DNA of 64,000 bases, from assembly GCA_023454175.1 (NCBI GenBank), contig JAEXRW010000028.1, forward strand, positions 2,200 through 66,199, given 5' to 3'. The DNA comes from Bacillota bacterium. GTDB taxonomy: Bacteria > Bacillota > Clostridia > Christensenellales > JAEXRW01. A program made the translations under genes and the position numbers. Shown here piece by piece: positions 39,801 to 49,922 of the stretch (position 1 is its first letter; each line of letters starts with the position of its first letter). A model generated the notes under the pieces. The model ran no database searches. It saw only the letters and a program-made list of their open reading frames with translations, and was not told the origin of the DNA.

Positions 39801-40696
39801 GATGGCAGGCATCCAAAACCTTCAGCGTGAAAGCGGGAACATACACGGCGATGGTGCGCGACGCCGCATACCCTGAAAATACGGCAGTATGCTCCGTAAA
39901 GGTCGGCCAGCCATCTTTTATGGGCAACATCCCGGCAAGCAAGGTACCCTCAAAAGCGAATGCAGGATATGCGCTACGCATCGTTCCTTCCACACTCAAA
40001 GGCTACGTGATGAAAACAGTCACCTATGCCACCAGCAACAGGTCCGTGGCGAATGTGGACGCAGGCGGCAATGTCACATTCCTCAGCGGCGGAAAGGCCA
40101 CCATCACGATCACCACGGTATTGCAGACAGTGGATAAAAAGGGCAGGACCATCACGAAGACGGTCAAGGTCAAAAAGACGATCACGGTGTCCCAGCCCGT
40201 TGCTACGATACGACTGAACACCACCCATGCAACCATTATGAAGACCAAGAGCGTGAAGCTGATCCCGGCTTTTGCACCGTCTATGGCCAGCAACAAGAAG
40301 GTCAAGTGGACTTCGAGCAACCCCAGGGTCGCGACTGTGTCCAGTTCGGGCGTGGTCACTGGGAAGGCCGGAGGAACGGCTGTGATCACATGCACTGCAC
40401 AGGACGGGAGCAAGGTATCGGCCAGCTGCACAATCACTGTCACCCCCATTTATCCCACAGAAATCAAGCTATCAAAGACTACCTTGACGATCAGAATCGG
40501 AAAGACGGGAGCACTGAAAGCGACAATATCGCCGGGCAATACAGACTTCAAGACGGTAACATGGGCAAGCAGCAACCCGGCCATCGCATCGGTGGACAGC
40601 AAGGGGAAGATCAAAGGATGGGCAAAGGGAACCGCTACGATCACGGTAAGAACAACTAACGGATACACCGCATCGTGCACCGTGACGGTCAAATAA
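36857..40696 (+). CDS. secreted glycoside hydrolase (GH5-like domain) with InlB B-repeat-like domain and two Big_2 domains
   Basis: TTG start with RBS GGGGAGGGG and a signal peptide. GFNSVRYMLTYQ...NLHLNIVTFSLPGRW and IVYEP are GH5-like. Two C-terminal Big_2 modules (VTWTSSNP..ATV...TGKA.GTA.IT). Terminator at 40779-40815. Confidence 0.6.
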   Translation: MKRVISSLLVFILLVLIIPIQAQAHAGQTLQKFRVAVDGKAYQASGTIGSQDGELYLPPSVIKQLLGALPTAAVKRNEAGYASLKGACDEIHASYYEYDSVLKAAYIWKDLGDKGMEEARIGYYGLGTPSNHAITYKQFFSILDHAVEIADDTKLAAWESKFALGRNSDKVMTRFEGMMAILNAATLLGPDFSEFNANWTGLNERIGEKVWDELNTIPNPYEFIPNHYPYALGGFQNTTYVYDWDDCGVAYRYAFGRVSLVSGKLLFDYDENRNSMRPADTMTFTEALNATARFLDSREQPDQYISLSSNEALNYDQAYLTDNLLNKSMALPGISDENLPQWHGFVLPGGSYEETDIDTVLWDRNLRKIADWGFNSVRYMLTYQTLFDAHATQVNLANLRKLDMVVASAIKYNLHLNIVTFSLPGRWTKTDFDTYTSTGSLDLFTNTEEQEEAKAVWALIAKRYRNIPSASLSFCPLWEATNTDLSSGLPVDPYTITDVSKVYCDLIGAIRENDPDRFIVYEPTCNNNCPQLINEAQEIRSDIEDQYNDVLMISNFCEQPFVYAEMTAVQGEHIDHNNHSMFKPAYPVTVYAAQQRIPNGSPLNLNGALVAGTVIDIYLSKAEGSGTFKMTADGAELYSETLSDTTYHTDNPLSRFYPYAKSDKHIRVTLPSDTDHLQISYSGDAFSWSGLDVTLPQGYAVNRWWYMSFYDADMAGTEWAPPALKPTSRIMISPFDRMNGRNITIHPDITYTTDEAYDRANKQTVENWGEAMADFSPNLLVRAERACFCIGSEYESSIQYYDDFLTMCDEHGFSWFSNDYIDIFSNSSQTMYAGAEKDRYQDGYLLTDMLKVYQKHLPQPTTLEAIQYPISAAPNDSSRGSVTGGGTYDEGATATLHAERKTGYRFVRWTEGSAQASTKADYSFAVTGERNLTAEFAPLIPTGIRYSKTDATLYGAANGTISITASGGDSGTYQYSADGGARWQASKTFSVKAGTYTAMVRDAAYPENTAVCSVKVGQPSFMGNIPASKVPSKANAGYALRIVPSTLKGYVMKTVTYATSNRSVANVDAGGNVTFLSGGKATITITTVLQTVDKKGRTITKTVKVKKTITVSQPVATIRLNTTHATIMKTKSVKLIPAFAPSMASNKKVKWTSSNPRVATVSSSGVVTGKAGGTAVITCTAQDGSKVSASCTITVTPIYPTEIKLSKTTLTIRIGKTGALKATISPGNTDFKTVTWASSNPAIASVDSKGKIKGWAKGTATITVRTTNGYTASCTVTVK

Positions 40697-40778
40697 CGAA
40701 TGAAGAGTATAGGATCACTTATCACACAGTTTAAGATCCCGGATGGCCCGGCAACATCAAAGATCCGATACGATCAGC

Positions 40779-40815
40779 AGGGAAGGCGGTAACAACCGCC
40801 TCCCTTTTTTATTTT
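40779..40815 (+). terminator. rho-independent terminator after GH5-like gene
   Basis: gggaaggcggtaacaaccgcctccc followed by ttttttatttt. Confidence 0.8.
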
Positions 40816-40939
40816 CACGACGGCCGCTTCCGACGCTTGCAGTCATTGAGGCACATTTCGTAACCTCCTCATAATGGAAATACAAGGCGCAAGATCCGGA
40901 TGGTATACATGCGATGGGCCCATACGGGCATCATTACCG

Positions 40940-41702
40940 TCAATCCTCCTGCCATATCTGTATGCTTTTCACTTTCTCGAGATAGTAGTTTTCCTCACGG
41001 AGCATGTGGTCGGGGATGAGGGGCTTGAAAGTACCCAGCACCTGGCAGTGCTGGCGGAGGGCGCGCATCAACTCGAGGAAACGGATGAATTCACACATCA
41101 CATGCCCCACCTGGACGGTCAAATGCCTGATAGCGCCATCCCGGAGACCGGTCCGCTCCACCATCTTTGAAAGCTCCAGCGCCTTATCCCGCAATTCCGT
41201 GAAATCCTGCCGGAAGGCCTGCGCCTGGCGGATATACAGGGCCTCGGCCGGATCCAGATCGGCTGCGATGGAAGCGGCGTGGCCCGCGGCGTCCGTGAGC
41301 CAGACGACATGCAGGTGCATGACCTCCCCGGCAGGGTCATAGATCATCAGCCTGGGGGAGAGGACCGCTTCGAACTCCTCCGCCTCGTTGATCATATGGT
41401 TCAGGAAGCTGGGCGGGAGGGAGATCTCGATGCCGCACGTTAACAGCCGCTGGAGGACATCCCTCTTGAGGCCTATGAACTCTTTCAGCAGGTTCAGGAT
41501 GTAATCCGCATAGACCGGGCTCATATCCCCGGCACCTGATGCCTTTTCGCTTTCCGCGTGGACGGCGAACCAGGCATCCTTGAAATATTGCGCCCTGGCG
41601 ATGACCTCCTGTTCGGCGGGAAGACAGGGCCTCCAGCATGAATTCCGCGTGGTTTTCCATGATGCATGACCAAAAGAGGATTTCGGCCTTCAAACTGAGC
41701 AT
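40940..41702 (-). pseudogene. DUF2935 family gene with a frameshift near 41610-41630
   Basis: N-terminal MLSLKAEILFWSCIMENHAEFMLEAL (DUF2935-like start) is in one frame. Continuation PAEQEVIARAQYFKDAWFAVHAESEK...MSPVYADY... is in the -1 frame, which is the listed ORF 40940..41524. Confidence 0.45.
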
Positions 41703-41760
41703 GACGACAACACCCCCAAGAAATGTAGTACAGTATATGATACGAGTACGGGAGGTGTTT

Positions 41761-41805
41761 TTTAATTGAGAATTGAGAATTAGGTTAGGGTTGGAGGGAA
41801 AAGTC
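41761..41805 (+). repeat. short heptad block (AATTGAG x2) abutting the cytidine deaminase remnant
   Basis: tttaattgagaattgagaattaggttaggg. Same orientation as all other copies even though the flanking genes are on the - strand. Confidence 0.5.
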
Positions 41806-42072
41806 AATATTCCAGATGAGCCGACGATCCTGCTTTCGCCATTGGTGATCATGTCGGCGATGGCGTTGAGCCCGGCACACATCCCGAGTCAAGCGGTATC
41901 GATGCACACGCCGGTGAAGACATTCCCTTGAGCCGTCAATACGGCTGCCGCAACGTCCCCGGCTTCAATGAAGGGGGATATTTCTTGCGCGGATTTAACC
42001 GGTCCTTTGCCGCATCATAAAGCTTTCCCAGGTGACCATTTCATCAGCCCCCATAATGAATCCTGCTTTCAT
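41805..42072 (-). pseudogene. cytidine deaminase remnant (internal stop, 3' end replaced by repeat element)
   Basis: - strand frame reads [52 protein letters not shown]. This matches the cytidine deaminase core (FxVGAALLT..G.vf.G.NiEnA.y....CAE..Ai) but has a TGA in frame, an N-terminal frame break, and runs into repeat element 41761-41805. Confidence 0.45.
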
Positions 42073-42263
42073 ATTACCCTATAACGGATACGTATTGAAC
42101 AGCGTAACGTGACGGAATCTGCCGTCTATCCCTTCCGGGGGGTGCGCTGCAAACACGGTACGCCTATCAGCCTTCATTCGGAGGCGGTTCCCCCAACAGG
42201 GGAGCCATGCAATTGTTTATTGAAAGAACAGGCATGGCTGCCTGTTCTTTTGCGCAAGAATAT

Positions 42264-43814
42264 TCAGACCTGCCGGGAGCGGACCTGGGAGACGATGCGG
42301 TCCCTGCCCTCAAAACTCATCATGGAGAGCGCCTCCTGCGGCTGCAGGACGCCCGCGCCCAGCAGCTTCAGGGCCAGGTCGTTTTGGTATATGGTGGTAT
42401 ACGGGGTGCTCTTCTGCACCTGGACGGAGACATCAAAATCGATATCCCGCGCGCTTTCGCCTTTTCGCAGCATGGCGCCGGAGAGGACCGTGGTGCGTTC
42501 CCCCTCCTCCCCGACGATGCGGAAGGTGCGCGCCTCGGTATAGTCCTCCGCGATGAGCGCGATGATCATTTTCACCAGCTGCTCGAAACCATCATACATC
42601 TGCTCGATGAGCAGGCGGCTGCGTTTGTTGCCCGCCTCCTGCAGGGCCATGATGGCGCTGGCGGCTGTGACACCCATGCCGCCCTCCCCACGGGTGAACT
42701 GGTTCTGCCCCGACTCGTCCTTGATGGACTGGATCTTGCCGTAGAAATGCTGGAGCACGTGGGGGGAAAGGGGCGCGGGCTGGAACCAGCGCAGGGAGGC
42801 GTCATCGATACGCGAGCCCCGCACGATCTCCTTCGACCAGTCGGAAAGCGCATCCTCGTCCAACTCCGCCCCCCTATTCACCAGCAGCTTCACCTTGCCG
42901 GACATGAGCGCGTTTTTCAGGATGATCTGGTCCAGCCTGTCCGCGTAGGACTGCAGGTTCTTATAGATATCCACGATGCCGAGGCCGACGGGCTGCCCGT
43001 CCAGCGGATAGAGCGGCTCCAGCAGGAAGGGGTACATCCCGTGGGCGTACATGCCCTGGGGCCTGCCGTCCTCGCTTTTCTCCAGCAGGACCCGGCCGCA
43101 GAGGAGGGCCATATGGACGGAGGGCCTGCCATCCGTGAACGTCTTGTACCAGTACTCCATGACCATGACATCGTCCTCGTCCCGGGCGGCGTCCCCGGGG
43201 ATGTTTTCGCGCCTGTAACCATCGGCCTTTACCAGATCCACGGCATGCGGGTACCTCGCCTTCAGCCACTCGCTATGATAGAAGGCGAACTTGAAGCACG
43301 CGCGCCCGTCCTGAATGGAGGGGCATTTGGGGTCGTAGAGGAAATTCTCCACGTCCCAGCTGCGCACGCTGATATCGCCGAGGCCGCCGTACAGGTCCCG
43401 GTCCCAGTAGACCTCCTGGACACTGGCGCCTTTTTTCAGGGCGGCGCGGCATTTCGAGCGGTAGGTGGCGCGGTAATGGCGCCGCTTCAGGATGTATTTG
43501 ATGACGTCGGCCAGGCTGACGGCGAGGGCATCGTCGCCCGGCTCCTCCCCCAGCAGGACGGGCTCGGGGTAGCTGTCCATGATATCGGACAGGATGCTTT
43601 CGAGGGTAGAGAACAGTACGGGCGTTACCGGGCGCGGCTCATCCTGCTCGCGCTTCGCGACGCCGTTCCAGTGGTTGGCGCGCCAGAACTCCTCATTCTC
43701 CCGGCACTTCTGCCGGAAGGGGCGCGTGCCCTCGTAGAATTCATCAAAGAGCGTATAGGCGCGGGCGATGAACTCCTCATCCTGCACGGGCAATTTATGG
43801 TTGACAGTGGACAT
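42264..43814 (-). CDS. phage portal protein (SPP1/Gp6-like family)
   Basis: 516 aa, overall portal-like. RBS AGGAGGTATC. Monocistronic, with no adjacent phage genes. Confidence 0.65.
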   Translation of the reverse strand: MSTVNHKLPVQDEEFIARAYTLFDEFYEGTRPFRQKCRENEEFWRANHWNGVAKREQDEPRPVTPVLFSTLESILSDIMDSYPEPVLLGEEPGDDALAVSLADVIKYILKRRHYRATYRSKCRAALKKGASVQEVYWDRDLYGGLGDISVRSWDVENFLYDPKCPSIQDGRACFKFAFYHSEWLKARYPHAVDLVKADGYRRENIPGDAARDEDDVMVMEYWYKTFTDGRPSVHMALLCGRVLLEKSEDGRPQGMYAHGMYPFLLEPLYPLDGQPVGLGIVDIYKNLQSYADRLDQIILKNALMSGKVKLLVNRGAELDEDALSDWSKEIVRGSRIDDASLRWFQPAPLSPHVLQHFYGKIQSIKDESGQNQFTRGEGGMGVTAASAIMALQEAGNKRSRLLIEQMYDGFEQLVKMIIALIAEDYTEARTFRIVGEEGERTTVLSGAMLRKGESARDIDFDVSVQVQKSTPYTTIYQNDLALKLLGAGVLQPQEALSMMSFEGRDRIVSQVRSRQV

Positions 43815-44184
43815 AATGATACCTCCTTATCCCATATGAACGAAAATAGCATTCAAGCTGTGCCAGGGAACTGGCAGGGCAATACCTGCAGAGTGCCAAC
43901 ATGATACCGCCGGTCGTACGGGCAGGCGCAGGCGGCGGTTTATGCGTTGGTCACGGGTTGCATGAAGCCAGAGACCAGGAGGAGGGATATATCCGAAAAC
44001 AGGGAAAACGTAGAATATATCAACACACATAGAAACCAATGGAAACGTTGTGGATACAAATTTAAGAAATATGTCGAAAACTCGTGCTTTTTAGCAGGGA
44101 TAGATTCAAGATAACGTTTCCATGGTCCGATATTCATTATGTATGGTTATCGGTTATCGATCTATTTTGGGGGGATTTTTACAA

Positions 44185-47100
44185 ATGAGTAAAATGCGCA
44201 GACTCTTTACGCTCCTTTATGCCTTCATCATCGCTGCGGTATTATGCTTCAGCGTACCTGCAGTATCCTATGCAGCAGGCGGGCAGCGGGACATCGAGGT
44301 GCTGCTCTCGGCCGACGCCGTGAGCAACAACCTGGACCTCGCGGGATTTGCAGATAAACTGAAAAACAAACTGCAGACCACCTATTCCATCCCGGCGGAC
44401 AAGGTACATGTGACCGAGGTGGCATCACAAAGCTACAGCGGCAGCGGGTCGGGGTGGTGTACTTTCGACCATACGAACAACTCCGGCCTGGCCAAAAACG
44501 ACGCGACAAACCTGATACAGTATTACGCCGAGGGATACAGCAACCTCATCCGGGACAGGCATATCGTATTTACGAACAACAACCAATCGATCAATTTTTA
44601 TGGATACGGCGTACCGGCCTACAACGATTTCCTATTCATGCCCAATACGGACGCAAACAACAAGATATTTACCTTTTCCATGACGGAGAATTTCGATTAC
44701 CATACGGCAGTGGGCGCAGGGTTTTTATTCAACGCTAGCTATTCCTACAACGGCGGCGCCCGTACGTTATCCGGATACTTCATCCTGATCGGGCAGAGCG
44801 ATGTAATGTTATACCAACTTACCAACGTGGACGTAAATGCCTTCACACAGGGAACCAATCCAACAGGACTGGGAACACTACTGGCGGCTGTGACCAAACC
44901 AAGCCCAAGCTCGGGCAGCACCCGCTACCTGAAACTCGTCGCGTCCCCGACAAACGTAAGCCTGACTCAATACACAGACAACACGTACAGCACCGTCTGC
45001 TCAGGCGGCTCCATATTCAGCAATTACTCCCTCGCCACCAACTTCGGTTCATTTGGTTTCGGACCCATCGCCTGTTACATGCAGCACGGGTGCAGCGCCC
45101 TTTCCCAGGTGACGTTCGACAACCTGAAGATGGCGGCGGAATCCTCGGTGGGATTTGCCGACATGGTGAAAAGCACCACCTGGCAGTATGACGACTCCTT
45201 CAAGATCATCGCAAACGTGGACAACGACGGGGTGCCGGATTTCGGCAACCCGGCCAAACTCTCCACCATCCTGTACTATATGATGCTCAACAACGTACAC
45301 TACGCGGGGTGGGGACTGAACAACAGCATCAATATCGGAGGGTTCACCTCCGTAAAGGCACAAGCGGATGCATTCACCCTGCGCAACATGGGCAACGGCA
45401 CATTCATCAACCGCAGCAGCGGCAGCACGGATACGCTGGACGAGGGCGTGGACACGCTGGCCGCCTACATCGCGGGCAAACTGAGCGGGGTATCCGATGT
45501 AGAGAAACCCACAATCAGCACGCAGATCGCGGACGGACAGGTCACGTGTACAGGCCCCGACACACTGCCGGACGGCGGTGACGTGGCAGGGTACAAGTGG
45601 AGCTATATGGACGTATCGGACGGGCAATGGCATGAATCCTCCGATACCACCCAAAAGACCTTCACATTCACACCGGGAGACTACAACTTTGTATCGTTGA
45701 GCGTGCAGGACGAAAGCGGGGAGTGGAGCGAGCCCGCGACGGCTTACGTCTCCACAGACGTATCGGCGCCGCCCATCTCGCAATTCATGCTGGACGAAAA
45801 CGAACTGATGCCCGACTCCATCGACGAGCTGAAGACGGGGTCTACCGTGACAGCGACCGACCTCTCGTACCATCCCTCGGGCGCGGCGCTGACGGACTGG
45901 GAGTGGAAGGTATACGATTCCACCTTGCATGAAGTCTCAGCGCTGGCCAAAACCTATACGAACGCCACCAAACCGGCCTCCATCACGTTTGATTTCAGCG
46001 GGGTGGCGGGCGGCACATACACAATCAAGGAAAAGGTATCCAAATCCGGCATCGCGTCGGACTATTTCAGTCAGCAGGTGCTGGTGATCAAGGAAAGCAG
46101 CGACATCACCATCGCCCGTACGGCGCCGTCCCAGGGCACGCAGAGCTATACCGGTACGCTGGGCGTATCCTGGAACATCACATCCAATACCAACCCCGTG
46201 ACCGCATACCGGCTGATCAAGCTGCCCACGGGTGCAGGCTCCGCCGTGATCGGGGACTGGACGAACTGCAACAGCAAGAACCTGAACGAAAGCACAACGC
46301 TTTCCAGCGGCAGCTATAAAGTCTATGTGCAGGCCAAGGACTCCTTTGGCAACAGCAAGACGGGCCTGCTGGGCACCTATACGATGGACACCACGCCGCA
46401 CATCAGCCCGACCTCCATCAACTTCAACAAGAACACCGTTACCGCGGACTGCTCGGACAAGACCATCGCATTGACTTTGAACGGGAATACGCTCACCGGG
46501 CTGTCCTCAGGCGGGACCGACCTGCCTGCGGACAGCTACAGCGTGGACGGAACGAACGTCACCCTGAAAAAGGAATGGCTGGCGGACTGCGAAAACGGCA
46601 CGAAGACCGTCACCTTTACCTTCAGCGGGGGGACCTGTGAGCTGACGGTGAATATCAGCGACACCTCGCCAAAGGTGAGCGCAGCCAAAACCGACTTTGA
46701 CAAGAATACGACCTCCACCAACCATGCCGATTTGGCATTTGACGTGACCCTGAACGGCAATACATTCACAGGCGTGAAATACGGCAGCTCCACTTTGACG
46801 GCGGCCGACTACACCTGGGACGGCAGCAAGGCTACCATCACCAAAGAATACCTGAGCACACTCAGCCCCGGCAAGCGCGCCATCACATTCGTCTTCGCCG
46901 AGGGGAACGAACCCAAGGTGGATGTTACGATAACCGACACCACGCCGGATATCGAAAAGACCTCCGCGAATTTTGACAAGAATTTGGTGCGGCAGGCGGA
47001 TATCGCGATAGGCCTGGATCTGAACGGCAACGCCCTGACCGCCATCAAACTCGGCAGCACCACGCTGGACAAGCCCGGCGATTACACCCTCGCCGACGGC

Positions 47101-49500
47101 ACCATCACGCTGAAAAAGGAATGGCTGGCCACGCTGGAAACGGGCAAGGCCGCAAGCCTGGAGCTGGATTTCGCCGAAGGCAACATCGTGAACTTCACCA
47201 TCAATGTATCGGACACCACACCGGGCGTGGACATCACCGCGGCGACATTTGACAAGAACCCGGACAAGCAGAAGGATATCTCCATAACGGTGGATTTCAA
47301 GGATACGACGCTATCCAGCATCAAAAACGGCAGCCATGACCTGGCGGTGGACACTGAGTACTCCCTTGCGGAAAACGTGATATCCATCAAAAAAGCGTAC
47401 CTGGCCACGAAATCTATCGGGGCCACCGAGGAATTTGAGGTCGGCTTTGCAAGCGGGAATACGCAGAAGCTCTCCATCACCATCATCAATACCGCAAAAC
47501 CCGAGATCAAACTCAAGGGGGAAAACCCGCTGACCCTGGAACTCGGGAGTGCCTATACCGAGGCGGGCGCAAAAGTGAGCGATCCCTACGATGATGATAT
47601 CCAATCCAAACTGGTGATCGCGGGGGAAGTGGACACTTTCAAAACCGGCAATTACACCATCACGTACGACGCCAAAAACAAGGACGGCAACAGCGCGGAA
47701 CGGCAGGTGCGCACCGTGGTGGTGGCTGATACCATCACACCCAGGATCGACGCCCCGTCCCTCTCGCCTGCGGGCTGGACGAGCCGCAACGTAACGGTGA
47801 GCATGAAAATATCGGACCTGGCGGGTATCGACAAGGTGAAATGGAAAGCGGGCAGCGCGGAAGGCGCGGCGGTCATAGCCTCAGGCCAGGAAGCCAAGCA
47901 GGTTTCGGTCAGCACCAGCGGCGTATCCAAACCGCAGTCGGGCAAATGGTCTTTCGTGGCAACGGACAACGGGACATACACCGTGGCGGCAGCAGACGTG
48001 AACGGGCTGGTGAAGACCGCGACCGTCTCCATCTCCAATATCGATACGGTACCGGCCAGCATCATGGCCAGCCCGTCCAGCGGAGGCTGGTCGAAGAAAA
48101 TAGACGTGGACGTGGCAGCCAGCGACGGCGAATCGGACATCAAGAAAGCGGAATATGCCTGGAGCGAGGGGAGCGTCCCTTCGGCAGGCTGGAGCCTGCT
48201 GCCTGCGGACGGCAAAGTGTCCATGGCGGACATCACCGGCATCCGCCAGCTGCATGTGCGCGCAACGGACAGCGCAGGAAACCTGGCCACAGAAACCTTC
48301 GGGCCATACAAACTGGACAACACGAAGCCCGAGGGCGCTGCTACATTGACGGAAGACGCGCAGGGCGGGAAGGTGAGCATCAAATTCACTGCCACCGACG
48401 AGCACAGCGGCGTGAAGAGCATCACCCTACCCGACGGCACAGTGAAGCAGGGCGCGGAATCCGAATACACAGCCTATTTCAGCAAGGAATATCCATTCAC
48501 CGTGACAGACGCGGCGGGCAACGAAGCGATCATCCCGGTGGCGGTTACCGTCCCTGCATTGCCGGAAAAGGTGGATATCACGGGCACGATGCGCACGCAG
48601 GACGGGGCGACCGCGCCGAACGTAAAGGTGGAACTGCTCGACGAGAACGGCAAGGTCATCGCAACCACGACGACGGACGAGAACGGCCACTACACCCTGC
48701 CGCAGATCCCGCCGGGGGAATACGACATCGTGGTGGGCGGGGATACTGCTCATCCCATCCCCGTGACGATCTCCGCCGGGCAGGGGGCCAGCAGCATCAC
48801 GCAGAACGGCGTTGGATTCAACGTGGACAAGGACACCAAAGACGTGTACCTGAACCTATCAACATCGGACAAGGGGACAGCGCCCGCCAACATGAGCGAG
48901 CCGGGGATGGACGTGGACGCAAAGCTCCAGGTGAAGATGACGGATGAACAGGGCAACGCGACGCCGGGACAAACCTACGTGCTGAAGGGGCCGGATGGCA
49001 GCGTGATCGCCACGGCGACATCGGACGCCAACGGGGTGGTGACGTTTGACAACGTGCCGGCGGGGGCATATACGCTGGTATCGGTGGACGGACAGAACAA
49101 TGAGACGGGCTCGGTGAACGTGAACATCCGCGGGGGCAGCCAGGCAGCCCAGAACATGGGCGAGGGCAACATCGACTTCGTGGTGAACGAGGGGCAGAAC
49201 GTGTGCAAGGTGACCCTCTCCATGAGCGGGGGCGGGGGCATGAAACCCAAGACGGCGGAGGTAACGAGCGAGAGCAAGCTCTCCTTCTGGGTGATCGCCG
49301 CTATCGCGGGGGGCGGACTGCTGATCCTGGCGCTGGTGCTCCTCCTGATCCTGCGGAAGAAGAAGGTATACCAGGCAGGGGACAGGCCGGGCACGGGGAC
49401 ATACGCATGCACGCAGTGCAAGACCAAGCAGCGCATTGAAAACAAGGATGAAGCGCTGGCTACATGCGCAAACTGCGGAAACGATACATTCACAAAATAA
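44185..49500 (+). CDS. giant cell-surface protein with C-terminal TM anchor and cytoplasmic zinc ribbon
   Basis: Signal peptide. PKD-like domain. About 8 repeats of a ~90-aa module (TLNGNT.TG...L...Y..DG...TLKKEWLA). Prealbumin/SdrD-B-like domains. TM helix FWVIAAIAGGGLLILALVLLLIL. Tail YACTQCKTKQ...CANCGNDTF with CxxC...CxxC. Confidence 0.75.
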   Translation: MSKMRRLFTLLYAFIIAAVLCFSVPAVSYAAGGQRDIEVLLSADAVSNNLDLAGFADKLKNKLQTTYSIPADKVHVTEVASQSYSGSGSGWCTFDHTNNSGLAKNDATNLIQYYAEGYSNLIRDRHIVFTNNNQSINFYGYGVPAYNDFLFMPNTDANNKIFTFSMTENFDYHTAVGAGFLFNASYSYNGGARTLSGYFILIGQSDVMLYQLTNVDVNAFTQGTNPTGLGTLLAAVTKPSPSSGSTRYLKLVASPTNVSLTQYTDNTYSTVCSGGSIFSNYSLATNFGSFGFGPIACYMQHGCSALSQVTFDNLKMAAESSVGFADMVKSTTWQYDDSFKIIANVDNDGVPDFGNPAKLSTILYYMMLNNVHYAGWGLNNSINIGGFTSVKAQADAFTLRNMGNGTFINRSSGSTDTLDEGVDTLAAYIAGKLSGVSDVEKPTISTQIADGQVTCTGPDTLPDGGDVAGYKWSYMDVSDGQWHESSDTTQKTFTFTPGDYNFVSLSVQDESGEWSEPATAYVSTDVSAPPISQFMLDENELMPDSIDELKTGSTVTATDLSYHPSGAALTDWEWKVYDSTLHEVSALAKTYTNATKPASITFDFSGVAGGTYTIKEKVSKSGIASDYFSQQVLVIKESSDITIARTAPSQGTQSYTGTLGVSWNITSNTNPVTAYRLIKLPTGAGSAVIGDWTNCNSKNLNESTTLSSGSYKVYVQAKDSFGNSKTGLLGTYTMDTTPHISPTSINFNKNTVTADCSDKTIALTLNGNTLTGLSSGGTDLPADSYSVDGTNVTLKKEWLADCENGTKTVTFTFSGGTCELTVNISDTSPKVSAAKTDFDKNTTSTNHADLAFDVTLNGNTFTGVKYGSSTLTAADYTWDGSKATITKEYLSTLSPGKRAITFVFAEGNEPKVDVTITDTTPDIEKTSANFDKNLVRQADIAIGLDLNGNALTAIKLGSTTLDKPGDYTLADGTITLKKEWLATLETGKAASLELDFAEGNIVNFTINVSDTTPGVDITAATFDKNPDKQKDISITVDFKDTTLSSIKNGSHDLAVDTEYSLAENVISIKKAYLATKSIGATEEFEVGFASGNTQKLSITIINTAKPEIKLKGENPLTLELGSAYTEAGAKVSDPYDDDIQSKLVIAGEVDTFKTGNYTITYDAKNKDGNSAERQVRTVVVADTITPRIDAPSLSPAGWTSRNVTVSMKISDLAGIDKVKWKAGSAEGAAVIASGQEAKQVSVSTSGVSKPQSGKWSFVATDNGTYTVAAADVNGLVKTATVSISNIDTVPASIMASPSSGGWSKKIDVDVAASDGESDIKKAEYAWSEGSVPSAGWSLLPADGKVSMADITGIRQLHVRATDSAGNLATETFGPYKLDNTKPEGAATLTEDAQGGKVSIKFTATDEHSGVKSITLPDGTVKQGAESEYTAYFSKEYPFTVTDAAGNEAIIPVAVTVPALPEKVDITGTMRTQDGATAPNVKVELLDENGKVIATTTTDENGHYTLPQIPPGEYDIVVGGDTAHPIPVTISAGQGASSITQNGVGFNVDKDTKDVYLNLSTSDKGTAPANMSEPGMDVDAKLQVKMTDEQGNATPGQTYVLKGPDGSVIATATSDANGVVTFDNVPAGAYTLVSVDGQNNETGSVNVNIRGGSQAAQNMGEGNIDFVVNEGQNVCKVTLSMSGGGGMKPKTAEVTSESKLSFWVIAAIAGGGLLILALVLLLILRKKKVYQAGDRPGTGTYACTQCKTKQRIENKDEALATCANCGNDTFTK

Positions 49501-49540
49501 CGGCTGCCCAGGACGCTGCGGCACGGTAAAATGACTATAC

Positions 49541-49586
49541 GAACTGGAGGAACAGAAAAATGTTCCTCCAGTTCTGCATTTTGGTT
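49541..49586 (+). terminator. rho-independent terminator after giant surface-protein gene
   Basis: gaactggaggaacagaaaaatgttcctccagttc followed by tgcattttggttt. Confidence 0.7.
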
Positions 49587-49682
49587 TAATTTCACGATGC
49601 TCCTTTTCCTTTTGCAGCAATTCTGCAGGGAGCGCTTCATGGCTATCCCCTGCAGGGCCCTGCAGATCCTTTATATCGTTTT

Positions 49683-49733
49683 CATATAAGTCTGCAAGCT
49701 GCGTACTAATGGGTAATAAGACTATGTTATACT
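49683..49733 (+). promoter_or_regulatory. conserved promoter cassette copy B (catataagTCTGCAAGCTGCGTACTAATGGGTAA...TATACT)
   Basis: Same core as copy A. Followed by an ~185-nt leader before the Sel1-like gene. Confidence 0.45.
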
Positions 49734-49922
49734 AAATGTAATACCACTGGTTATGGCCGGCAGCGTTTTATGTACCTATCACCCGAAAGCCAAAGCAGCC
49801 CTTCCAAGAGAAATAAATACTGCGATCCCCGCAAGGCCGGGACCGGATCCAAATACAACCATACGGGAAGCAAACAAGGAAGCATTCAGCACAACAAATT
49901 GGTGAGGGGGAGGGGGAAAAAT

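Noticed and set aside
42207-43904. 565-aa ORF on the + strand
   Set aside because: Antisense to the portal gene, with the compositional signature of a non-coding frame.
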